A program made the translations under genes and the position numbers. From Selaginella moellendorffii (Eukaryota; Plantae; Lycopodiophyta), in assembly GCF_000143415.4 (NCBI RefSeq), contig NW_003314372.1, positions 528,567 to 566,613 on the forward strand: a stretch of 38,047 nucleotides of DNA, given 5' to 3'. Positions within the stretch are counted from its first letter, which is position 1; the number at the start of each line of letters is the position of its first letter. Positions 1 through 12,899 of the stretch are shown here, piece after piece. Under the pieces are notes generated by a model, which saw only the letters and a program-made list of their open reading frames with translations, ran no database searches and was not told the DNA's origin.

Positions 1-135
1 ATGAAACTACACTCACTCCTTTATACTCCTCTACAGCAATGGCTTTGTCAGGGATATGCTTCCAAACCCCACACTCCATGTAAAAAACGTTGGAAATTAT
101 CAAAGACCTGTAACACAAAGAATAAATAGTCACAG
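1..135. repeat. ~135-bp segment duplicated at 3070-3205
   Basis: Near-identical sequence (atgaaa..acactcactcctttatactcc...aatagtcacag) at 1-135 and 3070-3205; the two diverge after 'cacag'. Confidence 0.9.
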
Positions 136-1244
136 TGAAAAAAGAAAATGGAAAAACAAACATATGCTTACTGTTTGTCGTCAATCTCAGAAAAAGCATA
201 ATCATCAAGTCATCTACATATTTTATAGAGAAATAAGAGGTACCATGGAGCCTATAGTTGGCCTGTCGCAAGACGTCTCTTCTCCTCTGGTATTCCTGTT
301 GAAAAACTAAGCAACAAGTAAGCAATACAAAGCTTACACCATATCACTCACTGTCACTTTTGCAAAGGCTTACTTAAATTCCATGTTTGCACGGACTCAG
401 AATCATGTAAATATGAGCGCACACTCGCAGTTATGCTCACTGTCCCTCAGAATTTTCCTCCTCTTTAGTGCTACTGATATCAGAGCATTTATCAAACAAT
501 TGCTGTGCTATCTCCTCTGCGTGTGAGTGAGCAAAAGGAAGGAGTTTCACGAGCAGGGGTCCCAATGGAACCGTACACTCACTAACGAGAATCCATTCAT
601 TGCAAAGAGGAAACCACCAAAAAGAATCCCTCACGTGCTGTTTAGAACTCTCATAGCAGGCCGGAAGATAGGGTTTCATGCATTCTTCCAGGGCTTGAGC
701 ATAGAGTTTGGACGGTAGCATTCTCTGTGATAGCACCATTGCTAGGGATCTCAGTATACATGTTTTTGGGGCCTAGATTGAGAAGCTTTATGGAACCGCT
801 CCACTGGAATCATCTCCACATGGTGGGGGTAGCCTGGTGCAGATTGTTATGATGATCGCTATTTGTCTCTGTCTTTCTGCACACGAGGCTTGGCGTAATG
901 AGCCTCCAGGAATGTCCTACAAACAGTTCATACGGTTTTAAAATATTTGCAGTGTATGGATCACAGATGTGGTGACCCTTGTACTCAGTGTGCTGCCTAA
1001 CTGTTCACTTATTTCCTCTGGATGGATGATCAGAAAGTAATAACTTGAAATAAGAAGACAATGTTTTCTCTGCTTCTAGATTTCCAGGCACTTCCACTCT
1101 TGTATGATCCTCCTGTGTGGCGTGAGATGATGATATTGAGAATGTGGCTAATGTGGACTTATCGCATGAGCTCTAGACTTTCTCAAGAGAACTAAACTAA
1201 TACAAGATGCACATAGGTTCATCAAGAGAATGTCATTCACTTCT

Positions 1245-2173
1245 NNNNNNNNNNNNNNNNNNNNNNNNNNNNNNNNNNNNNNNNNNNNNNNNNNNNNNNN
1301 NNNNNNNNNNNNNNNNNNNNNNNNNNNNNNNNNNNNNNNNNNNNNNNNNNNNNNNNNNNNNNNNNNNNNNNNNNNNNNNNNNNNNNNNNNNNNNNNNNNN
1401 NNNNNNNNNNNNNNNNNNNNNNNNNNNNNNNNNNNNNNNNNNNNNNNNNNNNNNNNNNNNNNNNNNNNNNNNNNNNNNNNNNNNNNNNNNNNNNNNNNNN
1501 NNNNNNNNNNNNNNNNNNNNNNNNNNNNNNNNNNNNNNNNNNNNNNNNNNNNNNNNNNNNNNNNNNNNNNNNNNNNNNNNNNNNNNNNNNNNNNNNNNNN
1601 NNNNNNNNNNNNNNNNNNNNNNNNNNNNNNNNNNNNNNNNNNNNNNNNNNNNNNNNNNNNNNNNNNNNNNNNNNNNNNNNNNNNNNNNNNNNNNNNNNNN
1701 NNNNNNNNNNNNNNNNNNNNNNNNNNNNNNNNNNNNNNNNNNNNNNNNNNNNNNNNNNNNNNNNNNNNNNNNNNNNNNNNNNNNNNNNNNNNNNNNNNNN
1801 NNNNNNNNNNNNNNNNNNNNNNNNNNNNNNNNNNNNNNNNNNNNNNNNNNNNNNNNNNNNNNNNNNNNNNNNNNNNNNNNNNNNNNNNNNNNNNNNNNNN
1901 NNNNNNNNNNNNNNNNNNNNNNNNNNNNNNNNNNNNNNNNNNNNNNNNNNNNNNNNNNNNNNNNNNNNNNNNNNNNNNNNNNNNNNNNNNNNNNNNNNNN
2001 NNNNNNNNNNNNNNNNNNNNNNNNNNNNNNNNNNNNNNNNNNNNNNNNNNNNNNNNNNNNNNNNNNNNNNNNNNNNNNNNNNNNNNNNNNNNNNNNNNNN
2101 NNNNNNNNNNNNNNNNNNNNNNNNNNNNNNNNNNNNNNNNNNNNNNNNNNNNNNNNNNNNNNNNNNNNNNNNN
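1245..2173. other. Assembly gap (N run)
   Basis: Run of N. Further gaps at 10249-10400 and 18562-18661. Confidence 1.
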
Positions 2174-2174
2174 C

Positions 2175-2800
<626 letters not shown>

Positions 2801-4059
2801 GGTTCATTGCCATCTGGGTAAATTTTTTCTTCTTCTTCTCCATTTTGGGTAAATGAAAATACTTTAAATCTCCTTTCACAGAAAAACCAAGCATATAAAG
2901 TATCTCTCTTATGAGGGACTCTTTCATTCCATGCCTCCTAGAATTTTTTCCCTGTAATAAATTGGGTGTAACACAGTTAATACTTTAATGACACAAACAC
3001 AAACCTTTTGAATTCCATCACACATACGGAAAAAAGCAAACACTGTTACATTTCTAAACTCTTAAGAAAATGAAAATTACACTCACTCCTTTATACTCCT
3101 CTACAGCAATGGCTTTGTTAGGGATATGCTTCCAAACCCCACACTCCATGTAAAAAACGTTGGAAATTATCAAAGACCTGTAACACAAAGAATAAATAGT
3201 CACAGCTTTTTTCTTGAATAGCCCAAGAAGTAATGGCATTCGCCATACGAAAGGATCCACATGCTTCCATAACTTTATTGCCATCAGCACAGAAATCTTT
3301 CCTGCAATAGCACCAGGTTTGGAATCCAATTTTGTAATCCTCAGAACAATTCCCTCCTCTAGGTTGTCTCTGACCTTTTTCAGCCCACCCACTGTGCACT
3401 CCATTCTTCAACACAAACTCAGAAACCTAATATGAACAAAACTACTTGTTATAACAAAACCCAAATGTTCTAGAATAAAAACATGGAGTTATGCATCCAA
3501 GTAGACTGTGAGAATTGCTCATCCCCTGCTGAGCATGGCAAAATTTCTTGAGTCAGAGTTCTTGTTCAATATCTCCTACCAAACTGAAAGTTCTATGGAA
3601 TTAAGGCATGCTGGTTGTGTTCTTCGCGCTTGACACACAAACATCGAGAATGTTTTTAAACTCATAGCATGGCTAAGAACAAGTGTGTCTCATATTCTAT
3701 CATGATCTTTATTGTCTCAATGCATGATCATTTTAAGATCTTGGACATAAGCAGGGAGGCAGTAGATAGCACAACCAATAAGGCTGCTAAAATTACAATT
3801 TTTTTAGATTGAAAACATTTTCTACTTTTCCCAGCGGAGCTGGGATCCCTGCTAGTACTCTTGTTATATATACAAGCTAAAGGTTATTATAATTTTCCCT
3901 TTATTACTTGAGGTGATAAACATATGACCACAAGAGATTGAGTTAGAATAGGAGGTGGATTTCATCAATGTTGGGAGGTTGTTGATAAGGATAAAAGGCT
4001 TGGACTAGTGGTTGCTTATGTCCACTTTGCTTTTTAAACAAGTAGATTGGAACTCCTTC

Positions 4060-4220
4060 TCAACAAGTAGACCAAGACTATGTCAATGCTGAAGAAAATA
4101 ATAATAAACCAAGGGCTTGGTGAAGATATCAGCCACCATGTCTCCTGTACCACAGTATGCTAGCTCAAAAATCTCCTCTTCATATTTTGAATGTCAAAGC
4201 TCTATGTGCAGAAATATTAG
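4060..4220 (-). mobile_element. Ty1/Copia RNase H C-terminal remnant
   Basis: Minus strand around 4111-4157 reads YCGTGDMVADIFTKPL, preceded by HIEL*H (cf. Copia KHID.RYH...ADIFTKAL). Confidence 0.75.
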
Positions 4221-4427
4221 CTAGGCTGGTAGCCAAAGTGGAGCCCGGGTAGGTTTGAGCTCATGAGCTCACGAACTGAACTCACGGCTTCTCAAACACA
4301 AGAAAAACATTGGTTCATCCCGAACCAACATCTTTCCATTTTTCCAATTTTGATTTAATCTATATTTCCAAGTAAATTCGACCAATAAAATACAAATATA
4401 AATATAGATCCGAACACTAAAAGCAAT

Positions 4428-7400
4428 CTAAAAACACTTCTCAAGCTCAGCAACTGTAAGGCTTGCCTGGTGGATGTGATGGTTGATCTTAGGATCTTGG
4501 TTTAGTTCCTGCATAAACATGTAATAGATGTCCTTGCAGACTAAATATACATTTCCCCTATTTTCCTGCTATTTAAAATCTAGACAAGTACAAGATGGAT
4601 TTTCACAGATTTTGATAGTGTAGCTCGTACCCTTTGATGACTCAGTCACAATAACAAACTCCTTAGCCATAGCACTGATGTAGTTTGTTTTTGTGACTGT
4701 GCACTTTAGCTCTTTTGCCAACTTGATCTTCTCTTGTGCACTTTTTGAAATGGAAGACTTGTATTGTACAGCCTTCCCATTCCTAGCTGGTCGTGTATGC
4801 TGGTTTAGTGTTGGTATAGTAGTGCTAACAGCCACATTTGAGGAAGTCTTTAGCTTTAAACCTGCTCTCTCTAGACTTTCAATCTCTTCTTTCAAAAGAT
4901 TGCAGCTTCGCTCAACTGGCCACTCATTTGGCACAGAATCAGGCTTCAAAATAATTGAGCTGTGGATCCGGCTTGTATGAGTAACATCAGTCCCACAACA
5001 GTAAATCCAGCTTGACTAGCGGCCCTTCACTCCTAGATCCCGACAGCCCTAGAAACATGGCACTGCTGAAGAACTTGAACCTGAGCACACAAATGCGAGC
5101 TATTGACCTCAACTCCCAATCATTCTAGAGCAACGTGTATTGCTCTTGGCACTAACTCTTCGAATTGCCCAGTTGATACGAGAAACTAGCTCACGAGAAA
5201 TAACCTTTTCAACCTCTGGCACTAGACTTACTTGTGTAACAACTGGCACCTCCTCCACTCCATGTTCCTTAGTTCTTTTCCGGTGTTGTAGAACATAATG
5301 GTAGTCAAACTCTGGACGACGAGAGCTAGAAGGAGTGATGTTTGGCCCATCAAATGTCTGTCGATGCTTTATACAGGCTGTTCTCATGTCCTCGAGTGGT
5401 TCATAACTTGATTTCATAGGAGTTCTAGCAACAACTTCCTCCACCATCTTAGACATTGACCCTGCTGCTGGTGTTGTCCTTCTACCAACCTGCTCTCGAA
5501 GCCTGTCTAAGTTCGGACTTGTACCAACAAACCTTGCTTCTTGTGCAGCCAAAGCTTTTGATGACTACTCAAGAGATCTAGTGAGGTCGGAGAGCGTAGC
5601 TTTATAAAGGGACACTTTTCCTTTCCTTGCTTCAGAAGCTCTCCAACTCTAATGTTTGCTCTCAAAGAGATTAATTATTGGTGTAAGTGCAATGTCATCA
5701 AGTGGTTGATCCTACAAAAAATTTAGCATTTGAATGTGACAAGAAAGAAAATGAGAGAAAGCTTACATGGAGAGTATAATGACCCCACTGAAACATTCAA
5801 ACTTCCCACCATGCAAGCCAGCATTCTATTTATGGAAGGTTTTCAATTGGCATTTTGTCTCCTTCACGCCACTATATGCACATCTCATTTGCCTTTGCCT
5901 CATGCTCCTCTTTAGTTGGTGCATCCATCCATTCCCGACAAAGTTGCTTGAACTTGTGATGGAAGGTAGACTTGATGCATCGGCAATGTTCATTGACGCT
6001 CTTTGCCCAATGAAACTTACAACTCTTCTCTCTACCTTGTAATGGCTGACTTTTATCACCTCTGAATACTTGTTGTACAACCAACCAATTAGCACCAGCT
6101 GCATCTGCCATGAAACCACGGAAGTTGGGTTTCTTCCTGGTTCGCTGTTCAACAACCTCGGACATACATGTCCAAAAAATGGTTTGTGCTTGGAAATTTT
6201 GAATCTTGACTTTGGCTATAGCTATAGTCAAATTGCACTACAACCTATAGAAGGAATGATTATAATGTAAATCAGTATGAATCCTTAAAAAATGAAAAGC
6301 CACTTACTTGTGATCATAAACATGAACTCCCATTGTTGACCAGCCTGAAACTCGTTTCATATGGTCAAAATGGATCCAGGAATTAGCCAAATCCCCATCT
6401 CCATCCATATCCATTCGTTGTACAAAGTTCACACCAGAAGCAGGACCAAGGGTAGACATCTTAAAGATGAAAGGGCATGGATTGTTCGAAGTTACTTGGC
6501 CAACGAATAAGCTCCCATGAATAAAATTATAGGGACATTTTCTCTTTAACTCCAAAATCCCATCCAATTCAAATTGAAACTTTCCATCTCGCCCTTCTCG
6601 CATCCAGTTCTTTATTCTACCAAAAAAAAGAGTGTTATTAGTGATAAAGTAGACTTAAGTGTTAATTTTATACCTGTTTAAATTTATCATAGGTTTTATA
6701 TTTCAAAGTAGATCCTTCAAGCTATTTTCTGTGAACTCTTTTTTGCTATCAGATTGTAGCAACATGTCCACCACATAGTCCTTTAGTACAGACTGTTGAA
6801 CACACTTTAGAGTTGCTGCACTTTTCTTCTTAGCCACTATAGTAACAGCAGTCTTCAAATTGTGAAAAAAATCATGGCGGATTCCTTCCTCGATTGCGTG
6901 TTGGTGGTATCCAACATGCACTATTGCTCTACCTAAACATCCATTCTGTGGAAGAAAATAAAACATTTTCGCATCACAACATGCTTGACACACAGGTGTT
7001 GCCCTGCATTTGCGACATCTAAATCCTGTAACAACTTCATCATGTCTAGGGGGATTGATTGTTGAGCCTTCAAAGAAACACATATTCTTGCTATGATCAG
7101 AAATGCATTTCTTAGTGACACACTAAAGCTGTCCACCACAATGGACTAGGGACACAAATCCATTGAAATGAGAGGAGTGGGTCGTCTTTACTTTGCACTA
7201 ATTATGTGGATCAAGACGCGTCTCCATACCCCTTTTCCTACTTGACAAACTTGCTGGTGGAAACTCGAAGAATATATTCCCATTATAGGAAGAAGGAAGC
7301 TCCTCACCTCTCATGTACTAGAACTCCTTCAATTCCAACCGTAATGATCGAGATTGCCAAAATGCCTTATCCACCACTTCAAAAACTAGTCCAGAAGGAA

Positions 7401-7500
7401 CACACCTACTTGTTTGGGAAGCTATGTCGGGAAGCTCATCTTCTTCATTTTCATCACTAGAGAGAATAACAACTTCATCCTTCACTCCTTGCACAGTTGG
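4428..7500 (-). pseudogene. MULE transposase (GCM/WRKY-like Zn domain, DDE core, C-terminal SWIM finger), intron-containing, with stops/frameshifts; 5' end uncertain
   Basis: N-terminal C..C...CRKC..C.C.AK...HVGYHQH; D1 in SWIHFDHMKRV; D2 in GFMADAAGAN; CxxH in SCKFH/SCEFH; E in TIN(L/V)(F/S)ESKH; SWIM-like PSCTC..F..(V/A)CK(D/H)IYY. Introns include GTAAGT at ~6308. Confidence 0.85.
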
Positions 7501-8402
7501 CTGTGAAACTGATGTGCTCTCCTCTCCTCACTTTGGAAATCCTATAACTAGAATCTCTTGACTTGTACATCTATCAAGATCCCATTGAATCCGATTCTCT
7601 CCCACACCATTGTCGAGAAGAATGGATTTTTCTATCTGATTACCCTTATCACAATATACATTCTCCAAACTAACTAATCCTAGCTTCAGCTTGAATCTTC
7701 TATAGAGGAAGCTCTCTTCTATAACACTCTTAGAGAAAATAATTAGAGGCTCTTGATCGAACTTCAAATAGAATTCTCTCATATCTTCTCCTTGCTCGAG
7801 CACTTAGAAAAAATTTTGGGGAGAAATTGACAAGAAAGAACAAAGATATTCTTCTATATTGTGAGCATTAATTAGCTATGTCCTTGCAAAGGACTTATTT
7901 TAACAAAATATACAATCGTTTAGAATCTAGAGAGATATGAGAATCTTAAAGAGCCACCCATATTAATTGTATAATTAATTGTGAGAGGAATAATATTGTT
8001 GAAATGAATGTGGTTATGAGTGAAAAGCACCAGTCAATCACAAATGTTGTAGCATTGATTGTTTGTTCTCCCTCTCATCTTCCCTTCAAGAGAGTTTCAT
8101 TCTTTTGTGACAAGTGAGAGAGATTCAAGCTCAGAAAGGTTGGTTTGTGCATGGTTTTTTCACGCGATACATATCTTAATATCTAAAGCATTGAATGATT
8201 GTGTCCATTGATCACCATCAAAGAGAATAAAAATCATGACCATTGATCGTGACTGTTGATCACATCCATTGATTTTTAGGGTTTTACACCTAGGGTTTGA
8301 GTAGCAAAGGGCGAGAGAATGCGCGTTTGAGCAGGGAAGGGCGAGAGAAATCAAGCAATGTGCTTCAAGATGCTCCTCAAACAAGGTATGCTTCCTTGAG
8401 AA

Positions 8403-8928
8403 GGTCGGTTCATGCGCGAACTGATGTCTCCTCACTTTCTTTCTTCCATTAGAAGTTTTTGTTTTCTCAACTTTTGTTTTCTCTTGAGGGATAGAGATGT
8501 CGGTTCTTGTGCGAACCGACATCTCTTAGCATTCTATTTCATTTTCTGTTTAGCTTTTTGCCCATCTCTACCTCATTTTTTTTTTTTCTTTTCTTGTTGA
8601 AGGTGGGAAAGATCGGTTCACGCGCGAACCGACGTCTCCCCACCTTCATTTTTTCTAGAAGTGAGCTTTCTTGAGTTTTTTCATGTTTCTAGTGGTGAGA
8701 TTTCTATATTTTAGAAAACAAAGAGAGATTGAAATGTCGGTTCTTGTGCGAACCGACATCTTCAAGGTTTTTTTTTTTTATTTCATTGACTTGATGGGGC
8801 ATTTCATGTGAAAAGTAGAGGGTGGAAGATGTCGGTTCTTGCGTGAACCGACTTCTCCCGTATTCTTGTCGTGTTTTTCCTTTTTCTCAAGAGGTAGGGT
8901 GAGGTCAATTCTCGCGCGAACCAACCTC
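8403..8928. repeat. Array of six palindromic sites, consensus GTCGGTTC-N6-GAACCGAC, between the divergent genes
   Basis: Copies at ~8403-8426, 8493-8526 (perfect 14-bp arms AGAGATGTCGGTTC/GAACCGACATCTCT), 8613-8632, 8734-8759, 8831-8852 and 8901-8928. Confidence 0.9.
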
Positions 8929-9073
8929 TCCTAGTGACTTATGTTTTTTTCCTTTGCATTTCTTGTAGTTTACAATCTATTTTTCACATCTTTTACTTAC
9001 AAAATTTCTTGTGAGAGCAGATATAAATCAAGCTTGACTGCCTAAAACTTCCAACAAGGGACTTGAACTTAAA

Positions 9074-12000
9074 ATGCCACAGGTTTTCTTTACATTACAA
9101 GTTAGATGTTATAATAGTTTTGCTTTTTATTTTAGAGGAAGCACCAAGGCCAGCCTCAATGGTCTTGATCTCTAGGAAAAGGCAGCTGCCTTGATCGCTG
9201 TGGGCTTGGCTGATTGAGTGGAGATTCATCTCAAGTATCCAATGAAGTTTCAGCTAGTCATGCTGGAGGCAACGATGAGCATAACAATGACGTGGATGTT
9301 GAGATGAAAACTCAAATCAATATTGGTGTTATTGAGGTTGTTGGTACTGGTGCTCCTGAGGCTGTGGGGTACTGGTGGTGGGGTACTTGCATCTGATGTT
9401 GCCGGTGGTGAAGGTGCTATGCCTTCGGTTGCTGAGGCTGCTCGCGGTGAGGTAGATGAACAGCTGAGGACGTTATTAGTAGCATTGTAGGTGGATCTAC
9501 TACAGAGGCTACTGCGGGCATGGTAGCTGCTCCTACTGCTCCTCAGGCTGGTGGTGCAGGGGGAGCTAGTGGTGGTGAGGGATTATGCATGCATGATTCT
9601 GACACCATCTTGAATGATCGTCTTCGGGACACGATTATCCAAGCTCAAGAACAGACAATTAGTAAAGTGTTACAGGAAATGGCATGGAATGGCCCTCATC
9701 GATTTCTAGTTCCTTTGTGCCGGTTGCTTCAAAGCCATTGGGTGTGCTTAGCTTACAACCTCAACATGGCTATCTACAGCTCTTTGCTGAGATCGGGTTT
9801 GGGAGCACAGCTGGTACCTTCATCATTTCACCAACTTTCCCTAGAACCGGCCGGACAGAGTCAGTGACTACTGAACTTGAGGAAAAATGGGATCCTATAT
9901 GGCTGTGAAAGTCTCGTGAGTTTGATGGATTCTTAAGACAACATGTGGAGACAGCAGGGTTCATTGGAAAGCTCTTTTGGGTGATTGATGGAAACCATAG
10001 GTGGCTAGCATTTTGGAAGTGCATTCAAGAGAAGTTTCGAGATGACGAAGAATGACACATTAGTGTTCTAGTCACACTTGTCGAACCAATGACTCAAGAG
10101 CACACTGTGAAGCTCAACATGGCATGCCATAAGATCAATATGTAAGAATTTATTTTTTGTAAACTTAGCCAATATCGTGTTTTTGCAGGCTAAACCAATT
10201 TGCGTTTCAGGCTCATACATTGGTACATAACATTGAGCACCTTCGGTTNNNNNNNNNNNNNNNNNNNNNNNNNNNNNNNNNNNNNNNNNNNNNNNNNNNN
10301 NNNNNNNNNNNNNNNNNNNNNNNNNNNNNNNNNNNNNNNNNNNNNNNNNNNNNNNNNNNNNNNNNNNNNNNNNNNNNNNNNNNNNNNNNNNNNNNNNNNN
10401 AAATTAGTATTAAAGTATGTATCAACTTACATAATGTTTCTTGCAGCCCATAATCAAAGGAGAAAGAGTGTCATTCTTTAAAAATGCCCGAGGGGACAAG
10501 CAGTAGAAGGAGATGGAGTGGCATGCGATTGAGAAGTGAATTTTGAATACAAAGAGATCAAAGGTGAAAAAGTTGCTCTCGATTGTAGACATACGACACG
10601 GGCAGGAATGGCTTGATAGCATTGCCGAGATTTGTTCTCGCGTCGTAAGTTCTTCTAAAATTTGTGAAACATTTCATAACTCCTTGTGTGTGTAGGAACT
10701 GGTAAAGCACCGAAGGAACTCATTTACAACATCTCGAAGAGTAAAATGTCCTTTGTTGAACAAAGTGTCTTCTTGGAACTTGTCAACACTTAGCTGCGAA
10801 ACAACGAAAAACGCTGTGAGATAAGGATGGAGAAGGTGATGAAGGAGAAGGCATACATTTCTCAGAGTATTGCCACTGGTGAGGAGATGTTACAAGTCTG
10901 GGACGAGAATTTTCTTTCCAGCACCCACACAAGTATCACTCTTGAAGAATATATTTTTGCTTGTCTTGCAGAGTTAGGGAATGATTGGCTTCCACGTGGT
11001 GGGACGAGTTCGGCTGAGTTCAAAAACCAACCAGGACAACCATTTCTTGCGAGGCGCATGGTTTACAGGTATTTTTTCAATTCTAATTTATATATTGGTA
11101 TTTATATTTTTGTTTTACTTTGTAGATATTTAAAATATTGCCCCGGCGCACCGGTATACACAACCAGTGTTTTGCAGAAGCTCCTAACTAGAGGCAAGAA
11201 GCTTGGGATGTATGAGCCAGAGTTCTACTGTCCTTGTACACATGAGAGGGAGCTATGCCCATGGTACCTTGAACTCGTGGAGCAGATGCCGACATCAGAC
11301 TTCGAGCTAGATCTCTACCTTGAATGTCATCCAGGTTCACTTGAAACTCAGCACTTAGCTAGGAAATATTAACCTTGAGTTATATTCTTATTTTCCAGAG
11401 GCTCTTTCTGACTGTAATAACGACGTTGTTGAAGTTCAAAAACTAAACCTAGGGGAAACCATTCAGGAGATGCCAAATCCAAATACCGTTGAACTAGAGG
11501 AAACTGTATAGGAAATTTTAGCACAAGAGATTCCAATACCTACTCCTCGCAACCCCCGAAGGGGCCATCATGAAGCCTTTCATGAGAGTAAGGACTTTGA
11601 TTTGGAACATTCTTTTATTCATTCTTGACTTCACTTTTTTTTTTATAGATGTTGCAGAGAGCAGCCATCAGTCTTTTCGGCAGACTAAGACATTCTTCCC
11701 ATCCCTCCCTACGGCTACAGATGATGACCTAGAAGAGCTCTCCTCTGCAGCAATGCATAAACAAGTTAGTAAGCATGAATTTTATCTCCAACTTTTAGTT
11801 CTAATAATTGATTTTCAGGTTCGCCCTCTATCCCCAACGGCTAGTGTTGGGGAAGTTGCTATTCTCATTGGGGATTACACACAGCTTTTAGATGCTACTA
11901 GTCGGGAGCTCTACATGCTTGATTGGTGGATCCATAGTTTGGGTCAGCTCCACGTTATGGGAAGATCGATTTCATCTTTTTCAATCTTCCCGATGGGATG

Positions 12001-12899
12001 CCACTGCTGCAGGGGGATACTCCATCATGGAATGTGTTGCATGCCCAGCACATTTCCCAAGCCTTAAAGGTTGCGAGCAGCTTCATGACATACGAGGGCG
12101 TGGTTGTCATGATCCTTCCTTGCTCTCTAATGTGGGAAGGCCTTCTCGCACACTTGGCTGACAACGATGATGGATTTGTTGAGTTTTCATCTGGCTGCCT
12201 TCTTTTGAGTATGGCGGTGGACACAAAAGGCACTAGTAGGCAGACGCAAAAGGTGTGTGACTTCTTTATTTATAAATTAACTCTATTCTAGTTTTTTTTC
12301 CAGATTTATTCTTGGAACTACCATGCTCTATGCCACATTGGGAACCGGCGTAATGCCACACAAGCTGACAAGAGTGCTACTCTTGCTTTACCAGGATATA
12401 ACAGCTCTATAGACATCATCCCAAATGTGATTGACTTGGACGTTCTTCACCCAACGTTCCCTGGTTATCGACATCATTCGGTCACGGCCATGCAAATCTT
12501 GTTGGAGTTATTCTGTCCGCCAAAGGGGTTGTGCTTGATGCTACAGCAGGATTTGGATCAATGGTGCAAGCAGCAAAAGAGACAGGCCGAGCGGTTTTTG
12601 CACTTGAGAAGGAGGGTGCCTTTGAGGACATTCTTAGGAGATGTTAGTGCTTGAAATAATCTATAATATTTATTCTCAAATGTTTCTATTTTATTAGGTC
12701 TACACTTATCACACATAGTGTTTCAGTCCACACGCTTGATCTTGATGATATGGATGATCATATGGACCAAAGTCAATTCCACTTACCTATTTATGTTGAA
12801 CGTATGGCACAGCATTACATACAATACGAGCCTATAGTAAAGGAGCATTCCACTATACCCATTTCTACTTTTCTAGATATGGAAGCAGAAGAAGATTGA
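9074..12899 (+). pseudogene. Transposon cargo gene B, copy 1: ParB/Srx-like motif + unknown middle region + beta-class N4C/N6A DNA methyltransferase-like domain; multi-exon, degenerate
   Basis: ATG 9074; introns include 9083-9135 and 10142-10188. LFWVIDGNHRWLAF with DGNHR at 9987-10001. C-terminal LIGDYTQLL...KIDFIFFNLPDG...LKVASSFMTYEGVVVMIL...ILLELFCPPKG(I)VLDATAGFGSMVQAAKETGRAVFALE. Stop TGA 12897-12899 after DMEAEED. Stops and frameshifts present. Confidence 0.75.

Noticed and set aside
437-739. 100-aa minus-strand ORF (and 3054-3414 ORFs) as named genes
   Set aside because: No family recognisable by eye and the correct frame cannot be determined.
8403-8928. CRISPR-like array (palindromic repeats with spacers)
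   Set aside because: Repeats are degenerate, spacing is irregular, spacers are low-complexity, there are no cas genes and the context is eukaryotic.
9074-12899. Bacterial/phage contamination as the source of the ParB/MTase-like gene
   Set aside because: The gene has multiple GT-AG introns, lies within TIR/TSD-bounded elements and is itself interrupted by a plant-type chromovirus in copy 2.
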